Shown: piece after piece, positions 10,206 to 19,440 of the stretch
How positions within the stretch are numbered: position 1 is the stretch's first letter
How the letters are laid out: every line of letters begins with the position of its first letter
Virus record (IMG/VR): IMGVR_UViG_3300009151_009564
Coordinates: 9,525-73,524 of that record
Reading direction: 5' to 3' (one strand)
Source of the DNA: a virus
DNA: 64,000 nucleotides
The notes under the pieces: generated by a model
The model's input: the letters and a program-made list of their open reading frames with translations, nothing else
Told to the model about the DNA's origin: nothing
Database searches by the model: none
Program-made: the position numbers and the translations under genes

Positions 10206-11108
10206 ATGATTAAAAAATATCAAAAGTTCTTAGAGGAACTAACCATTACAATGGAACTAAATCCTCAGGAAGCATTTAGATCTTTTGTTGAGATTTTGAA
10301 TATGGTTATTCGTAAATTACGTGACGATTCTAAAAATGGTGAAGTGCTTAATGGTCTTTCGTCATACTCAGATGTTGCTAAACAAAAAAGGAAATGGAAT
10401 AAAAATTGGACATCATTTACTATACTCGAACAACCAGATCCAGAGGATAATTTTAAACAGATTAATGATTTAATGTCTAAAAAGGGTTGGAATTTTGAAG
10501 TAGTTAAACAACTTATTAGTGAGTTCCCTAACTTTTGGCATGAAATATCTCATGCTATACGACCTGATCCAGGTGAGGATATTGAAAGATTAAGTGTATG
10601 TGCGGTAGTTGATTATTATTTATATAAATTATCTGAAGGTAAATGGCAGTTAGGTGGTCAAACTTGGGGTATTAAGCCTGATGATTCGGATAGATTCCCA
10701 GATCCATACACAAATGAAGTTTTATTTAAGGTAGGATATGGTTGGCATAAAACACCATATGGTCAATTGTTTATTAATCAAATGTTTAAAGAAAGGGGTA
10801 TTAAAGGATTTTTAGAAAAAGCTTTATATTATGCTCCTAAATTTATTGGTGATTTATTATCAAGAAGTCTTGGATATGCTGAGGAAAGTTTATATGATCT
10901 CGATGAGGAGGAAGGATTTAGTGATTGCTTTACAGTAGAGGGAGGTTCCTGTTATATAGAAACTGATACTCTTTGGGAGTTCTTAAAAGACACAGTAGCT
11001 CATAAGAAACTTGACTATAAGTCGTTTATTGATCTAATCAAGAAAAAGGTAGAAGAAGACGGATTTAAAACATTATACACTACAAACTCATTAAAAATCT
11101 ATATATGA
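10206..11108 (+). CDS. Hypothetical protein with CTS-like N-terminus; paralog of the next gene
   Basis: Starts MIKKYQKFLEE; EVLFKVGYGWHKTPYG shared with 11105 (EVMIKYAYGWSKTKYG). Confidence 0.6.
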   Translation: MIKKYQKFLEELTITMELNPQEAFRSFVEILNMVIRKLRDDSKNGEVLNGLSSYSDVAKQKRKWNKNWTSFTILEQPDPEDNFKQINDLMSKKGWNFEVVKQLISEFPNFWHEISHAIRPDPGEDIERLSVCAVVDYYLYKLSEGKWQLGGQTWGIKPDDSDRFPDPYTNEVLFKVGYGWHKTPYGQLFINQMFKERGIKGFLEKALYYAPKFIGDLLSRSLGYAEESLYDLDEEEGFSDCFTVEGGSCYIETDTLWEFLKDTVAHKKLDYKSFIDLIKKKVEEDGFKTLYTTNSLKIYI

Positions 11109-11950
11109 AATATACAATAAGAGATAATCAATATACGTTAGAAGAAGCATTTAAACTATTTATAGAAGATTTTGAGAATCTCATTGATAAGTTTAAAGAA
11201 GGTGATGGTATATCTGAAGATGAAAGACATTTAGTTTATTACTATAGGAATAACTTATGCCAAAGCAATCATGATCCCATGGATGATGCTTATATAATTG
11301 AGGGTGAGTTATATGATTTAGGATGGAAAGGTACATTACTTAAAGAGTTATTTGAGGTGTATGGAACCGATATTTGTGATGATTTAGATACCACTAGTCG
11401 TGGAGCTTTTGATGTTTTCTTATGGAAATTTACAAAAGGATTTTTTCCTTTATCTGGTTATGATTTGGAGAATCTTAATGGACCTGATGGGCATTCGGAA
11501 GTGATGATTAAGTATGCTTATGGTTGGAGTAAAACGAAATATGGTAAATTACTATTACAACAAAATGGGGTTGATCCTAAAGAGTTTGATATAATGGCTG
11601 CTAAAATATTCCTAACTGAAGATAACTATGGACTTTATGATATTTTATTTCAAGAAACTGTAAAAATTAAACCTTTTAAGGATTTGAAAATTGAGGATAG
11701 ATATGGTTTAACCAAAATACATAAAAGCATTGAAAAAATGTGCTCTTTAGATAATACATCAGTTCATATACCTTATGTGAAAATAACGGATATGTTTAAT
11801 ACTTTTGCTCTTATAACTCTAATGGGAGATAACTCATCTGAAGAAGAAGCTATCACTTATGAGGAAATGAAAGAAAAAATATTTAATCTATTTGTTATAA
11901 AAAAGTGTAAGAAAGAGGTTGTTAATGAAACAATTATTGTTACCTTTTAG
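11105..11950 (+). CDS. Hypothetical protein, paralog of 10206..11108
   Basis: Shared EAF..F, D..L.K, YGW.KT.YG blocks; ATGA overlap. Confidence 0.6.
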   Translation: MKYTIRDNQYTLEEAFKLFIEDFENLIDKFKEGDGISEDERHLVYYYRNNLCQSNHDPMDDAYIIEGELYDLGWKGTLLKELFEVYGTDICDDLDTTSRGAFDVFLWKFTKGFFPLSGYDLENLNGPDGHSEVMIKYAYGWSKTKYGKLLLQQNGVDPKEFDIMAAKIFLTEDNYGLYDILFQETVKIKPFKDLKIEDRYGLTKIHKSIEKMCSLDNTSVHIPYVKITDMFNTFALITLMGDNSSEEEAITYEEMKEKIFNLFVIKKCKKEVVNETIIVTF

Positions 11951-12722
11951 TCATTATTCTTTGTCCTTGATACTTTTTAATATCAACATCCTGGTGTTCA
12001 GTTAAAAACTCAACCATTTTTTCTAACATAGATTTGGCGAGCCGTGTATCTGTTAAGGCATCATGATAGTTAGTCATATTGATTCCCAATGCTGGACCTA
12101 TCTTACTTAATGATGAACTAATAAGACCGTTATCTCTATCGGATGTACCAATCTTTTTAATCATACTATCAAACTCAGGTTCGGTTTCAGCAAGCTTTTG
12201 TAGAGTTGGTAAATAGAATAACTGAGCTATTTGTTTAGTATCAATAACTTCATTGTCAAATCTAACAATAGGACTTCTTGTATTTAAGAAAGTCATATCA
12301 AACTCAGCATTTTGTATAACAAGAATAGGATTCTCATATTTAGAAATAAACTTAAAGAAATCTTCTAATACATTTTGTTCGTCATGATATTCTGTACCAC
12401 TTTTGCCATAGTGATTAAAAGAAAGAACTTTCTTTATTCTAACTGTAGGATCTTTCATTAAAGAAAGGGTTTCTGGTGTAAGCTTTATTTTCTTATCATA
12501 AGTATCAACTTCTTCAAAAGAGTTTGAGTTAGGGTTATATTTAACAATCAAACATGATACTTGAGTTAGTTGAACTTCATATGGATCTTCTCTGAGGCCT
12601 GTTGTTTCTACATCAATGAAAACCCAATATCTATCAGATTTTGATTTTAACCAGTTTAAAAATTCCGGTATAGATTTTCCCCAGAACTTATGTTCGAGTA
12701 TGAATTGTTGATATTTTTTCAT
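11940..12722 (-). CDS. DEDDh 3'-5' exonuclease (DnaQ-like)
   Basis: FIDVETTGL, QNAEFD, IDT, YHDALTD. Confidence 0.9.
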   Translation of the reverse strand: MKKYQQFILEHKFWGKSIPEFLNWLKSKSDRYWVFIDVETTGLREDPYEVQLTQVSCLIVKYNPNSNSFEEVDTYDKKIKLTPETLSLMKDPTVRIKKVLSFNHYGKSGTEYHDEQNVLEDFFKFISKYENPILVIQNAEFDMTFLNTRSPIVRFDNEVIDTKQIAQLFYLPTLQKLAETEPEFDSMIKKIGTSDRDNGLISSSLSKIGPALGINMTNYHDALTDTRLAKSMLEKMVEFLTEHQDVDIKKYQGQRIMTKR

Positions 12723-12729
12723 AATTATA

Positions 12730-13032
12730 TTATTTATTAAATAGTTCGTCTAATATTCCTAATCCTTTAGCAGAGTGATAAGCGCCTGAAGCTAATCTAG
12801 AGAACTGACCTTTTGATTTATATTTTTTAGCTTCTTCTCTTACTGCTTCTTCACTCCATTTTTTATTTCTTGGAAAAATAGATTGTTGAAGTCCTCTTTT
12901 TTGAATATTTCTATATAAGTCAGGATTATTACGTCTTAACTCCTCATATGATTTATATTTAGAAGCTTTATCCCTAAGTTCTTCTATTTCCGTCTTTGAT
13001 TCAAAAACTTTGAATGTTTCAATATGTTTCAT
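12730..13032 (-). CDS. Small protein with CTS-like N-terminus and endonuclease-type helical repeats
   Basis: MKHIETFKVFES; ASKYKSYEEL / AKKYKSKGQF repeats. Confidence 0.6.
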   Translation of the reverse strand: MKHIETFKVFESKTEIEELRDKASKYKSYEELRRNNPDLYRNIQKRGLQQSIFPRNKKWSEEAVREEAKKYKSKGQFSRLASGAYHSAKGLGILDELFNK

Positions 13033-13075
13033 ACCATATATATTAAAAGTGAAAATAATATTTAATATATATGAT

Positions 13076-14182
13076 ATGATTGTTAATTTAAAAAGTCAAA
13101 CCGAAATGTCTGGTTTTTATATAGTCTTTCAAGGATCTACTAATTTAGAAAGACCTGGAATCTATGGAATATCACATCTTTTAGAACATTGTGTTTGCCA
13201 TAGCTTTGAAAATCTAAGAGAGGAACTAGAAAGGGATGGTATAGACTGGAATTTTTATACATCTTCAAATGAGATAGTTGGTTATTTTACTGGATTGGAT
13301 AGTTATTTAAATAAATGGAAATCCAAACTGTTAGACTTGATTGGGGAATTCAAAACAACAAAGGATAAATTTGAAAACGAAAAGAATATAGTTCTACAAG
13401 AATATACAAATTACTTTGCGGATCAAGGTGAGGCTCATGCCTTGAACTTATCCAGAAAGTTATTTAAAGATTTTGACCCAATAGGAGTTAAAGAAGATTT
13501 AGAAAAACTAAAATTTATGGACGCTCTTAACTTTTGGGAACTTCAGTTTTCAAATCCTTCCAAAATAATTAATATATCAGCAAGCAGTCCATTTAAATCT
13601 GATATAGAATTCTCCATACCAAAAAATGATAGAACTTATAAATTCGGTCCTTATAATGATGTTGTTTTAGAAAAGATGAATGATTATGGTGATAAAGCTT
13701 CAGTTATGATGGTTGGTCCGTTAGCTGATTCCGACTTTGCGTATATTTCATTTATTAATGGTATGTTATCAACTGGTTTATCTTCTCCTTTATATACTGA
13801 AGTTAGAGAGAAAAAAGGTTTAGTTTATTATATTAGATGTTCTCAATCTAGGTTGAATAATCAGGGTGTTACTTCAATAACAACTCAAACATCGACTGAT
13901 AATGTTGAAAAGGTTTATGATGCGGTCAAAGGGGTTTTAGATAATCCTAAAAAGTTTATGACTAAAAGTAGGTTTGAGACTATTAAAGATTCTCATCTTA
14001 TAAGACTTAAAAAAGAAAAGATAAATAGATTTGCTAATATTCAAAAATGGATAACTCCACCAGAATGGTCTATATCTTCTATAATAGAAACTGTAACATT
14101 AGATAAACTAATGGAGGTATATGATAAGTATTATAAATCTGATGATTTTTATTTATCGAGTGATAAAAATGAATTTAAATAA
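13076..14182 (+). CDS. M16 family zinc peptidase (insulinase-like)
   Basis: GISHLLEH inverted HxxEH, SSPLYTEVREKKGLVY; start at 13076 follows TAATATATA. Confidence 0.9.
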   Translation: MIVNLKSQTEMSGFYIVFQGSTNLERPGIYGISHLLEHCVCHSFENLREELERDGIDWNFYTSSNEIVGYFTGLDSYLNKWKSKLLDLIGEFKTTKDKFENEKNIVLQEYTNYFADQGEAHALNLSRKLFKDFDPIGVKEDLEKLKFMDALNFWELQFSNPSKIINISASSPFKSDIEFSIPKNDRTYKFGPYNDVVLEKMNDYGDKASVMMVGPLADSDFAYISFINGMLSTGLSSPLYTEVREKKGLVYYIRCSQSRLNNQGVTSITTQTSTDNVEKVYDAVKGVLDNPKKFMTKSRFETIKDSHLIRLKKEKINRFANIQKWITPPEWSISSIIETVTLDKLMEVYDKYYKSDDFYLSSDKNEFK

Positions 14183-14661
14183 ATGAAACATTTAAGATTA
14201 TTTGATAGTTATTTAGATTCTAGTGAAACTTTATATAAAGAAATAGAATGGAGTGAGTATTATAAAAATGTGGCGTTAGATAGATTTGGAGAACCTTTTA
14301 AAGATCGTTCTGGTAAGTTGATTGTTAAGGAACACAAACCAGTAGCAAATTTTAGAAAAACGGAAATTGATATATTAAATAGTCTTATGGTTAATAACCC
14401 AAATATAATGGAGAGTCCTAAATCTGGATATAATAAGTATCCATCTGAGATATATGGGGTTTTAGATTATTTTGAGATTTATAAACGTAGTGGTTTTGAT
14501 ATTAGATATCTAATAACCAAAACAGAAGATGATTGGTTCTGGGTGATATATTTTGATAGTGAAAAAGATTGGAAGCATTTATATAGATGTGACCAATTTG
14601 AAGGACTACTTCAGTTTTTAACTGATAAAGGTATTATAAAAAATGAATTTAAATAAATGAA
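14165..14661. repeat. 23-bp direct repeat flanking gene 14183..14656
   Basis: AAAAATGAATTTAAATAAATGAA at 14165-14187 and 14639-14661. Confidence 0.8.
14183..14656 (+). CDS. Hypothetical protein with CTS-like N-terminus; related to 35852..36190
   Basis: MKHLRLFDS; DDWFWV..YRCDQFEGLLQFL vs DDLWFTV..FICDDETELYDFL. Confidence 0.6.
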   Translation: MKHLRLFDSYLDSSETLYKEIEWSEYYKNVALDRFGEPFKDRSGKLIVKEHKPVANFRKTEIDILNSLMVNNPNIMESPKSGYNKYPSEIYGVLDYFEIYKRSGFDIRYLITKTEDDWFWVIYFDSEKDWKHLYRCDQFEGLLQFLTDKGIIKNEFK

Positions 14662-14866
14662 GAAATTTAGTTCTCTATCTGAAGCGGTAAAGACTCCATG
14701 TCAAACACCCGACGCTGTATTTCATATTGAAATAAAAGATAAGTCTATAGAGTGTTCTATTGATCTACCATTTAAATTAGATCTATCGGAAAAGGAAGAT
14801 AAGGAGTTAGAAGGTAATATTCACAATGCTATTGAGTTAGCGTTAAGTAAATATTTCGTTAAATAG
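14657..14866 (+). CDS. Small hypothetical protein with CTS-like N-terminus
   Basis: MKKFSSLSEA, abuts the upstream stop. Confidence 0.55.
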   Translation: MKKFSSLSEAVKTPCQTPDAVFHIEIKDKSIECSIDLPFKLDLSEKEDKELEGNIHNAIELALSKYFVK

Positions 14867-14902
14867 TATAAAAGTCGTAACTTTATAAAATAAAATAATA
14901 AT

Positions 14903-15469
14903 ATGGATTTACAAAATATCTTAAACAAATACTCTATAAAAGCAAATGTTAATATGTTGCTTGACATGTGGAATGAATCTCACCGTAGTTTCCACAATTT
15001 AAATCACTTAAATGATATTATAAGTCAGATCAACGAAGGTTACTTTAATGGTACTATTAATGATAAGCAAATGGAGAAGTTATCATTAACTGCTCTTTTT
15101 CATGACATTGTTTATGAGCCATCTAGACCAGATAACGAGGAAAGAAGTGCGGATTTCTTTATGAATCTTTGTGAGAATAAGTCTAATAAGGATATATTAG
15201 ATATACGTGATGCTATTTTAGATACTAAAACTCACAAATCATCAACTCCACTTGCTGAGACCTTCAATCGTTTTGATATGTCTATTGTCGAAAGGGATTT
15301 CGATAACTTATTAGAGTGGGAAAAGGGAATCCACGAAGAGTATTCAGTATATGGTAATGACGCTTATAAAGTGGGTAGAGTACAGTTTTTAGAGTCTTTA
15401 TTGGATAAGTATCCAGATAACTATACTAATCTAACACAACTGATTGATTGGGTTAAAACTAACTATTAA
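14903..15469 (+). CDS. HD-superfamily predicted metal-dependent phosphohydrolase
   Basis: RSFHNLNHL, ALFHDIVYEP, DNEERSA, TKTH, DMSI. Confidence 0.85.
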   Translation: MDLQNILNKYSIKANVNMLLDMWNESHRSFHNLNHLNDIISQINEGYFNGTINDKQMEKLSLTALFHDIVYEPSRPDNEERSADFFMNLCENKSNKDILDIRDAILDTKTHKSSTPLAETFNRFDMSIVERDFDNLLEWEKGIHEEYSVYGNDAYKVGRVQFLESLLDKYPDNYTNLTQLIDWVKTNY

Positions 15470-15471
15470 TA

Positions 15472-15501
15472 AAAAAGTCCTCTCAAAAGAGAGGACTTTT
15501 T
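15472..15501. terminator. Bidirectional intrinsic terminator
   Basis: AAAAAGTCCTCTC-AAAA-GAGAGGACTTTTT between convergent genes. Confidence 0.85.
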
Positions 15502-15503
15502 AT

Positions 15504-16232
15504 TTAAAAATTCATAATTAAGTATTCTGTCCCCATTAAACCATTATTATGAATAATTCTACAATCTTTATACCACTCTTTCATTTCATCAAAAGAGTAA
15601 TAACTTAAAACAAATCTACCTTTAATATTTTTTAATATCTCTGATAACTCATAATGTGATTCATTCGTAAATGGATGATTAATATAATAGTGTTCTCTTT
15701 CTTTATAAGGTGGATCTAAATAGAATAAAGTTTCTTTACTATCATACTTACTTATAACGGATTGATAGTCTTGATTTAAGACTTCATTAATCTTGTCTAA
15801 ATTGAAATTGTTCCATTTGAGTTTCATTTTGAATACTTCAAACTCACTATCTCCTCTCCACTCACCATCAAGTATTTTATATCTCGAATAAGAACAGCAA
15901 AGTAAGATTATCCAGTTAATAGTCCATTCATCATCTGTCCAGTTGTTAATACTCCAATCTTTTTGGATTTGGTAATATCTTTTGGGGTTAGCTTTTTCGT
16001 TTTGTATTTTATTTACGAAATAGGGATCTTTTGATTTACTAAAAATTAAATAGTTTAAGCGATTAATATCGTTATAAATGAAATTAGTATTGGGATATTT
16101 TGATAAATCTAAGCAAAAGAAAATACCAAACATTCCTCCGAAAGGTTCAACAAATGTTGAAATATCCGTAGGTATGTTTGGTATTATAAAATTGGAGAAC
16201 TTAGATTTTTCACCTAAATAGGGTATAAACAT
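15504..16232 (-). CDS. D12-class N6-adenine DNA methyltransferase (Dam-like)
   Basis: YLGEKSK, FVEPFGG, YNDIN, FYLDPPY. Confidence 0.85.
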   Translation of the reverse strand: MFIPYLGEKSKFSNFIIPNIPTDISTFVEPFGGMFGIFFCLDLSKYPNTNFIYNDINRLNYLIFSKSKDPYFVNKIQNEKANPKRYYQIQKDWSINNWTDDEWTINWIILLCCSYSRYKILDGEWRGDSEFEVFKMKLKWNNFNLDKINEVLNQDYQSVISKYDSKETLFYLDPPYKEREHYYINHPFTNESHYELSEILKNIKGRFVLSYYSFDEMKEWYKDCRIIHNNGLMGTEYLIMNF

Positions 16233-16244
16233 ATACTCTATATA

Positions 16245-16811
16245 TTAGAGAATTTCATCCACCACTCCGAGCTCGAGTGCTTCTTCAGCTGGCATGAACC
16301 AATCAACTTTACCATCATAGATTTCTTTCAATTTCTTTCTGGTGATTTTAGTCTTTTCGATTGTCATGTTTTCAATCTGTTTCTGAAGACGTTTAGACTC
16401 TTCCAATCTTTCTTCCATTTGCTTAACAGTACCAATCACTCCACCTGATACCTGATGGTATAGTGGGGTTGAATACTTGTGAGCAAATCTTCTGTGTCCA
16501 TGAATAAGGATCATAAATCCACAACTCATAGCTGCTCCGGTTACTATAGTGTGTATTGGAGTTTTTGATTTCTCCATAACAGACAATAGACCAAAACACT
16601 GATAAACAAGTCCGCCATAGGAGTCAATATAAATATTGATTGGCTTTGGTTTATAGTTTAAACCATAAACATCGTAAAGCTTTTTAAGATGCTCGTCATC
16701 CTCATTTATTTCGAGGATGTTCTTAGTTAAATCTCCCATAGATGCTTGATCTACTTGTTTGTTTAGATAAAGATTTCTTTCCTTTGGTAAGGGTAAATTT
16801 CCTGTTGCCAT
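16245..16811 (-). CDS. clpP: ClpP-like serine protease
   Basis: IYIDSYGG, GAAMSCG (catalytic Ser), YHQ (His), DWFMPAEEALELGVVDEIL. Confidence 0.85.
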   Translation of the reverse strand: MATGNLPLPKERNLYLNKQVDQASMGDLTKNILEINEDDEHLKKLYDVYGLNYKPKPINIYIDSYGGLVYQCFGLLSVMEKSKTPIHTIVTGAAMSCGFMILIHGHRRFAHKYSTPLYHQVSGGVIGTVKQMEERLEESKRLQKQIENMTIEKTKITRKKLKEIYDGKVDWFMPAEEALELGVVDEIL

Positions 16812-16849
16812 ATTTTATTATTTAGATATTTTATATGACTGAAATTGAA

Positions 16850-17533
16850 TTAGTTTAGTAACTCAATTTTACCACGACAAATTTCTTTATAAGTTGCTGT
16901 TCTACCGGTCTCATGATCGATAACCACATCTTCTTTTACTCTAAAAGTTCTTTTTTTATCTGACCTTTCAGAGTTTCCAATTTGGTTATATCTATCAGTA
17001 TAAGTTTTTTTATTGAATTTTTCTTCTTCAACAACTTTTAACTTTTCTTCAAGTCTTGTCCAAGCGATTAACTCATTTTCCTTTTGATTTCTGGTGTCTT
17101 GTACCTTAACCTGTGTTCCACTAGGGACATGGGTTAATATGACGCAGGTTTCGACCTTATTGACGTTCTGACCCCCTTTACCACCACTACGGGTATATTG
17201 GCGAGTTACTTTAGAACGGTCAAGTTTGTATTCAAACTTTTTGCTTGGATCAGTTATAGCAACTGTTATTGTAGATGTTTGGGTTCTACCGTTTCGTTCA
17301 GTAGGTGGGATGCGAATCCATCTATGACATCCTGATTCGTTTTTGTAAAACTTATTTACTCCATCACCGGTTAGTCAGATAGAAGCATAACCTTCTCTTT
17401 GTTCGTAGATTTTACAATCGAACCCTTGGTTTCTTGCTGATTTACAGTAGATGTTTAATGTGTCTATGACTAATAGTTTAGAGTCACTTCCGCCTTCTCC
17501 GGCGCGAATTTCTAGTATAATTTCTTGTTTCAT
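16850..17533 (-). CDS. Class I peptide chain release factor, RF1-type, lacking domain 1, with in-frame TGA at codon 53 (absent from ORF track)
   Basis: Manual translation: MKQEIILEIRAGEGG...YASI*LTGDGV..ESGCHRWIRIPPTERNGRTQTS...SGGKGGQNVNKVET...IGNSERSDKKRTF..VIDH; TGA at 17377-17375; same frame to TAA at 16852-16850. Confidence 0.92.
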
Positions 17534-17592
17534 ATTTTTGTAATTTTTTTAGTTAATAAATGGTAAAAAAATTACTTATGCTACAAGAATGT

Positions 17593-17793
17593 TCATGGAT
17601 GACCAAAACGGTTGATTCTAGTACGATTGGATTTTAATTGGGATTCTGTTTCAGCGAGTTTAAGCCAGTCTTGGAACTTTTTGAACTCTTCAGGACTTAA
17701 TTTTTCAGCAATAGTATTAGCCACTTCGTTAGTTAAACGAGAGTTGTTACTTATTGTAACCATTTGTGGTAATATTTCTCTATAATGTCCCAT
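17593..17793 (-). CDS. Small hypothetical protein upstream of the release factor
   Basis: 66 aa ORF after a TTATATATA element. Confidence 0.5.
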   Translation of the reverse strand: MGHYREILPQMVTISNNSRLTNEVANTIAEKLSPEEFKKFQDWLKLAETESQLKSNRTRINRFGHP

Positions 17794-17844
17794 GTTGTAA
17801 AGTTATGATTTATATTATATATAAAAAAATTAAAAGGTTAAAAA

Positions 17845-18405
17845 TTAGCCGGTTGGTGGTTTATAATCTGGTTTTATTTTTGTTAAAATATGTATTATAT
17901 CGTATATATCTTTAGTCTGTTTTTTGGGTGTTCCAGATCTTAAAGATGATATTCTTGCTTTTGTTTCAATGATTTCAAATGGGTGGTGAAATAGAAATCC
18001 ATCCTTTTCAATCACTATACTGTTATTCAGTGGAAAGAAATCAACATTATATCCTAATTTATAATTAGGATAATAACCAAGTAACTCAATCTCTCCTTCC
18101 ATTCCCGGATATCGGTTATGATATAGCTTTACATCTGGTTTTTCTTTAACCAAGAAGTCAATATCTTCTGGTAGTCTATCTAATAGTCCAAAAGCATAAA
18201 GAGCTGCTGAGCCGGTTAATACAGCCTTTCCTTTCCATTGCTTAATAATACTCCAGTGTTTATGATTCTGTATTATATTTTTTTTTCTTAATCTTTTAAG
18301 ATCTGGTGTAAATTCTGGGGATTCTCCTAATACCATTGATAATTTTATATCTCTAATATCGGATTCTAAATCTTTTAGTTGTGGGGGTAAGGTTATATTA
18401 ATCAT
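17845..18405 (-). CDS. Nucleotidyltransferase-like protein
   Basis: LTGSAAL..G...DIDF, VDFF, KD.YD pattern; N-terminal RDIKLSMVL motif. Confidence 0.6.
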   Translation of the reverse strand: MINITLPPQLKDLESDIRDIKLSMVLGESPEFTPDLKRLRKKNIIQNHKHWSIIKQWKGKAVLTGSAALYAFGLLDRLPEDIDFLVKEKPDVKLYHNRYPGMEGEIELLGYYPNYKLGYNVDFFPLNNSIVIEKDGFLFHHPFEIIETKARISSLRSGTPKKQTKDIYDIIHILTKIKPDYKPPTG

Positions 18406-18629
18406 AAAATTTTGCTTATCTGGTTATCTCTGTGTTCGTCTAAAAATATGAAATTTTCTCTAAATGTTGAAGGGGTCATTATTATACCATTTATATTAGC
18501 CATAATAACTTCATCACATAAAAACTCTAAACTATCTAGTCTAAAGTGATACTTCTCTCCCTTTAGGAAAGAATGTGTTTTACCAATCGTTTCAATCAAA
18601 AAATCTTCTATACATAATACTCGTTTCAT
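18402..18629 (-). CDS. Small protein ending in RD motif
   Basis: Ends HRDNQISKIL. Confidence 0.65.
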   Translation of the reverse strand: MKRVLCIEDFLIETIGKTHSFLKGEKYHFRLDSLEFLCDEVIMANINGIIMTPSTFRENFIFLDEHRDNQISKIL

Positions 18630-18661
18630 ATAAGACTATGTATAAAAAAAACTGAAGTTGT

Positions 18662-19237
18662 TTATACAACAACCTCAGTTTTTTTAAGTTTTTTTATTAC
18701 TTCTTTTGCGTTTTTAAAGTTTTCAATTGCTTCTATCGGTGTAGGTATTTTAGCGTATGTTTTTGTAGTCCAATCATATCTACCATTTCTTGACTCTTTT
18801 GGAGGCATGAAATTGTGAAACTTAACTAAGATTTCATACCATTCCTGTGTATTACTAACCTCATAAATCAACCATTCACGATGATGTGAAACCAATGTTT
18901 TCACGGTGGATTGAGTCATTCCACCCATTTTAAGAAGTCTAACAATTTGTTTAGTTCTTTTTTCATCTGGTTTTAACTCTTGTAGTTTACTTCTAAAATC
19001 GGTTAAATACTGAACCAAGGTATTATTATCAAGTAATACAGATAATTGTTCATCACGCTCACGAGTTGTTAGAATACCTTTTTTAAGGTCACCTGCTTTA
19101 GCAGATTCTACAAACTCATAGATTACAACTTCTCTCATATCAGCTTCATTAGCTGCTTCAAGAAATGATCTTTCTGTTTTATAGTATCGACCTCTGTAAT
19201 TCCAGAGTTTTTGTGGAAATTTTGATTTTGTTGCCAT
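18662..19237 (-). CDS. Hypothetical protein (internal RDEQLSVLL)
   Basis: 191 aa ORF. Confidence 0.6.
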   Translation of the reverse strand: MATKSKFPQKLWNYRGRYYKTERSFLEAANEADMREVVIYEFVESAKAGDLKKGILTTRERDEQLSVLLDNNTLVQYLTDFRSKLQELKPDEKRTKQIVRLLKMGGMTQSTVKTLVSHHREWLIYEVSNTQEWYEILVKFHNFMPPKESRNGRYDWTTKTYAKIPTPIEAIENFKNAKEVIKKLKKTEVVV

Positions 19238-19410
19238 TAAATTTTACTTAATATTTTTTTGATTTTTTCTATTTTATAGAATCTACTAAAATCTATATTA
19301 ACTCCCATTCCATCATCATGGGGTGAGAATTTTATATTAGCATACTTTTTATTATTTCTTTGAAGACCAATAAATAGTTGATTCATTAGTCTAATTTCTT
19401 CTTCTAACAT
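19237..19410 (-). CDS. 57-aa hypothetical protein (not in ORF track)
   Basis: MLEEEIRLMN...KIEKIKKILSKI; TAATG coupling to the next gene. Confidence 0.55.
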   Translation of the reverse strand: MLEEEIRLMNQLFIGLQRNNKKYANIKFSPHDDGMGVNIDFSRFYKIEKIKKILSKI

Positions 19411-19440
19411 ACTTTACCATATTTAAATTATATAAAGAAT

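Noticed and set aside
17372-17383. RF2-style +1 frameshift or selenocysteine at the TGA
   Set aside because: Context is ATC-TGA, not CTT-TGA, and conserved motifs continue in frame 0. The position is not a conserved Cys in release factors and I see no convincing SECIS hairpin.
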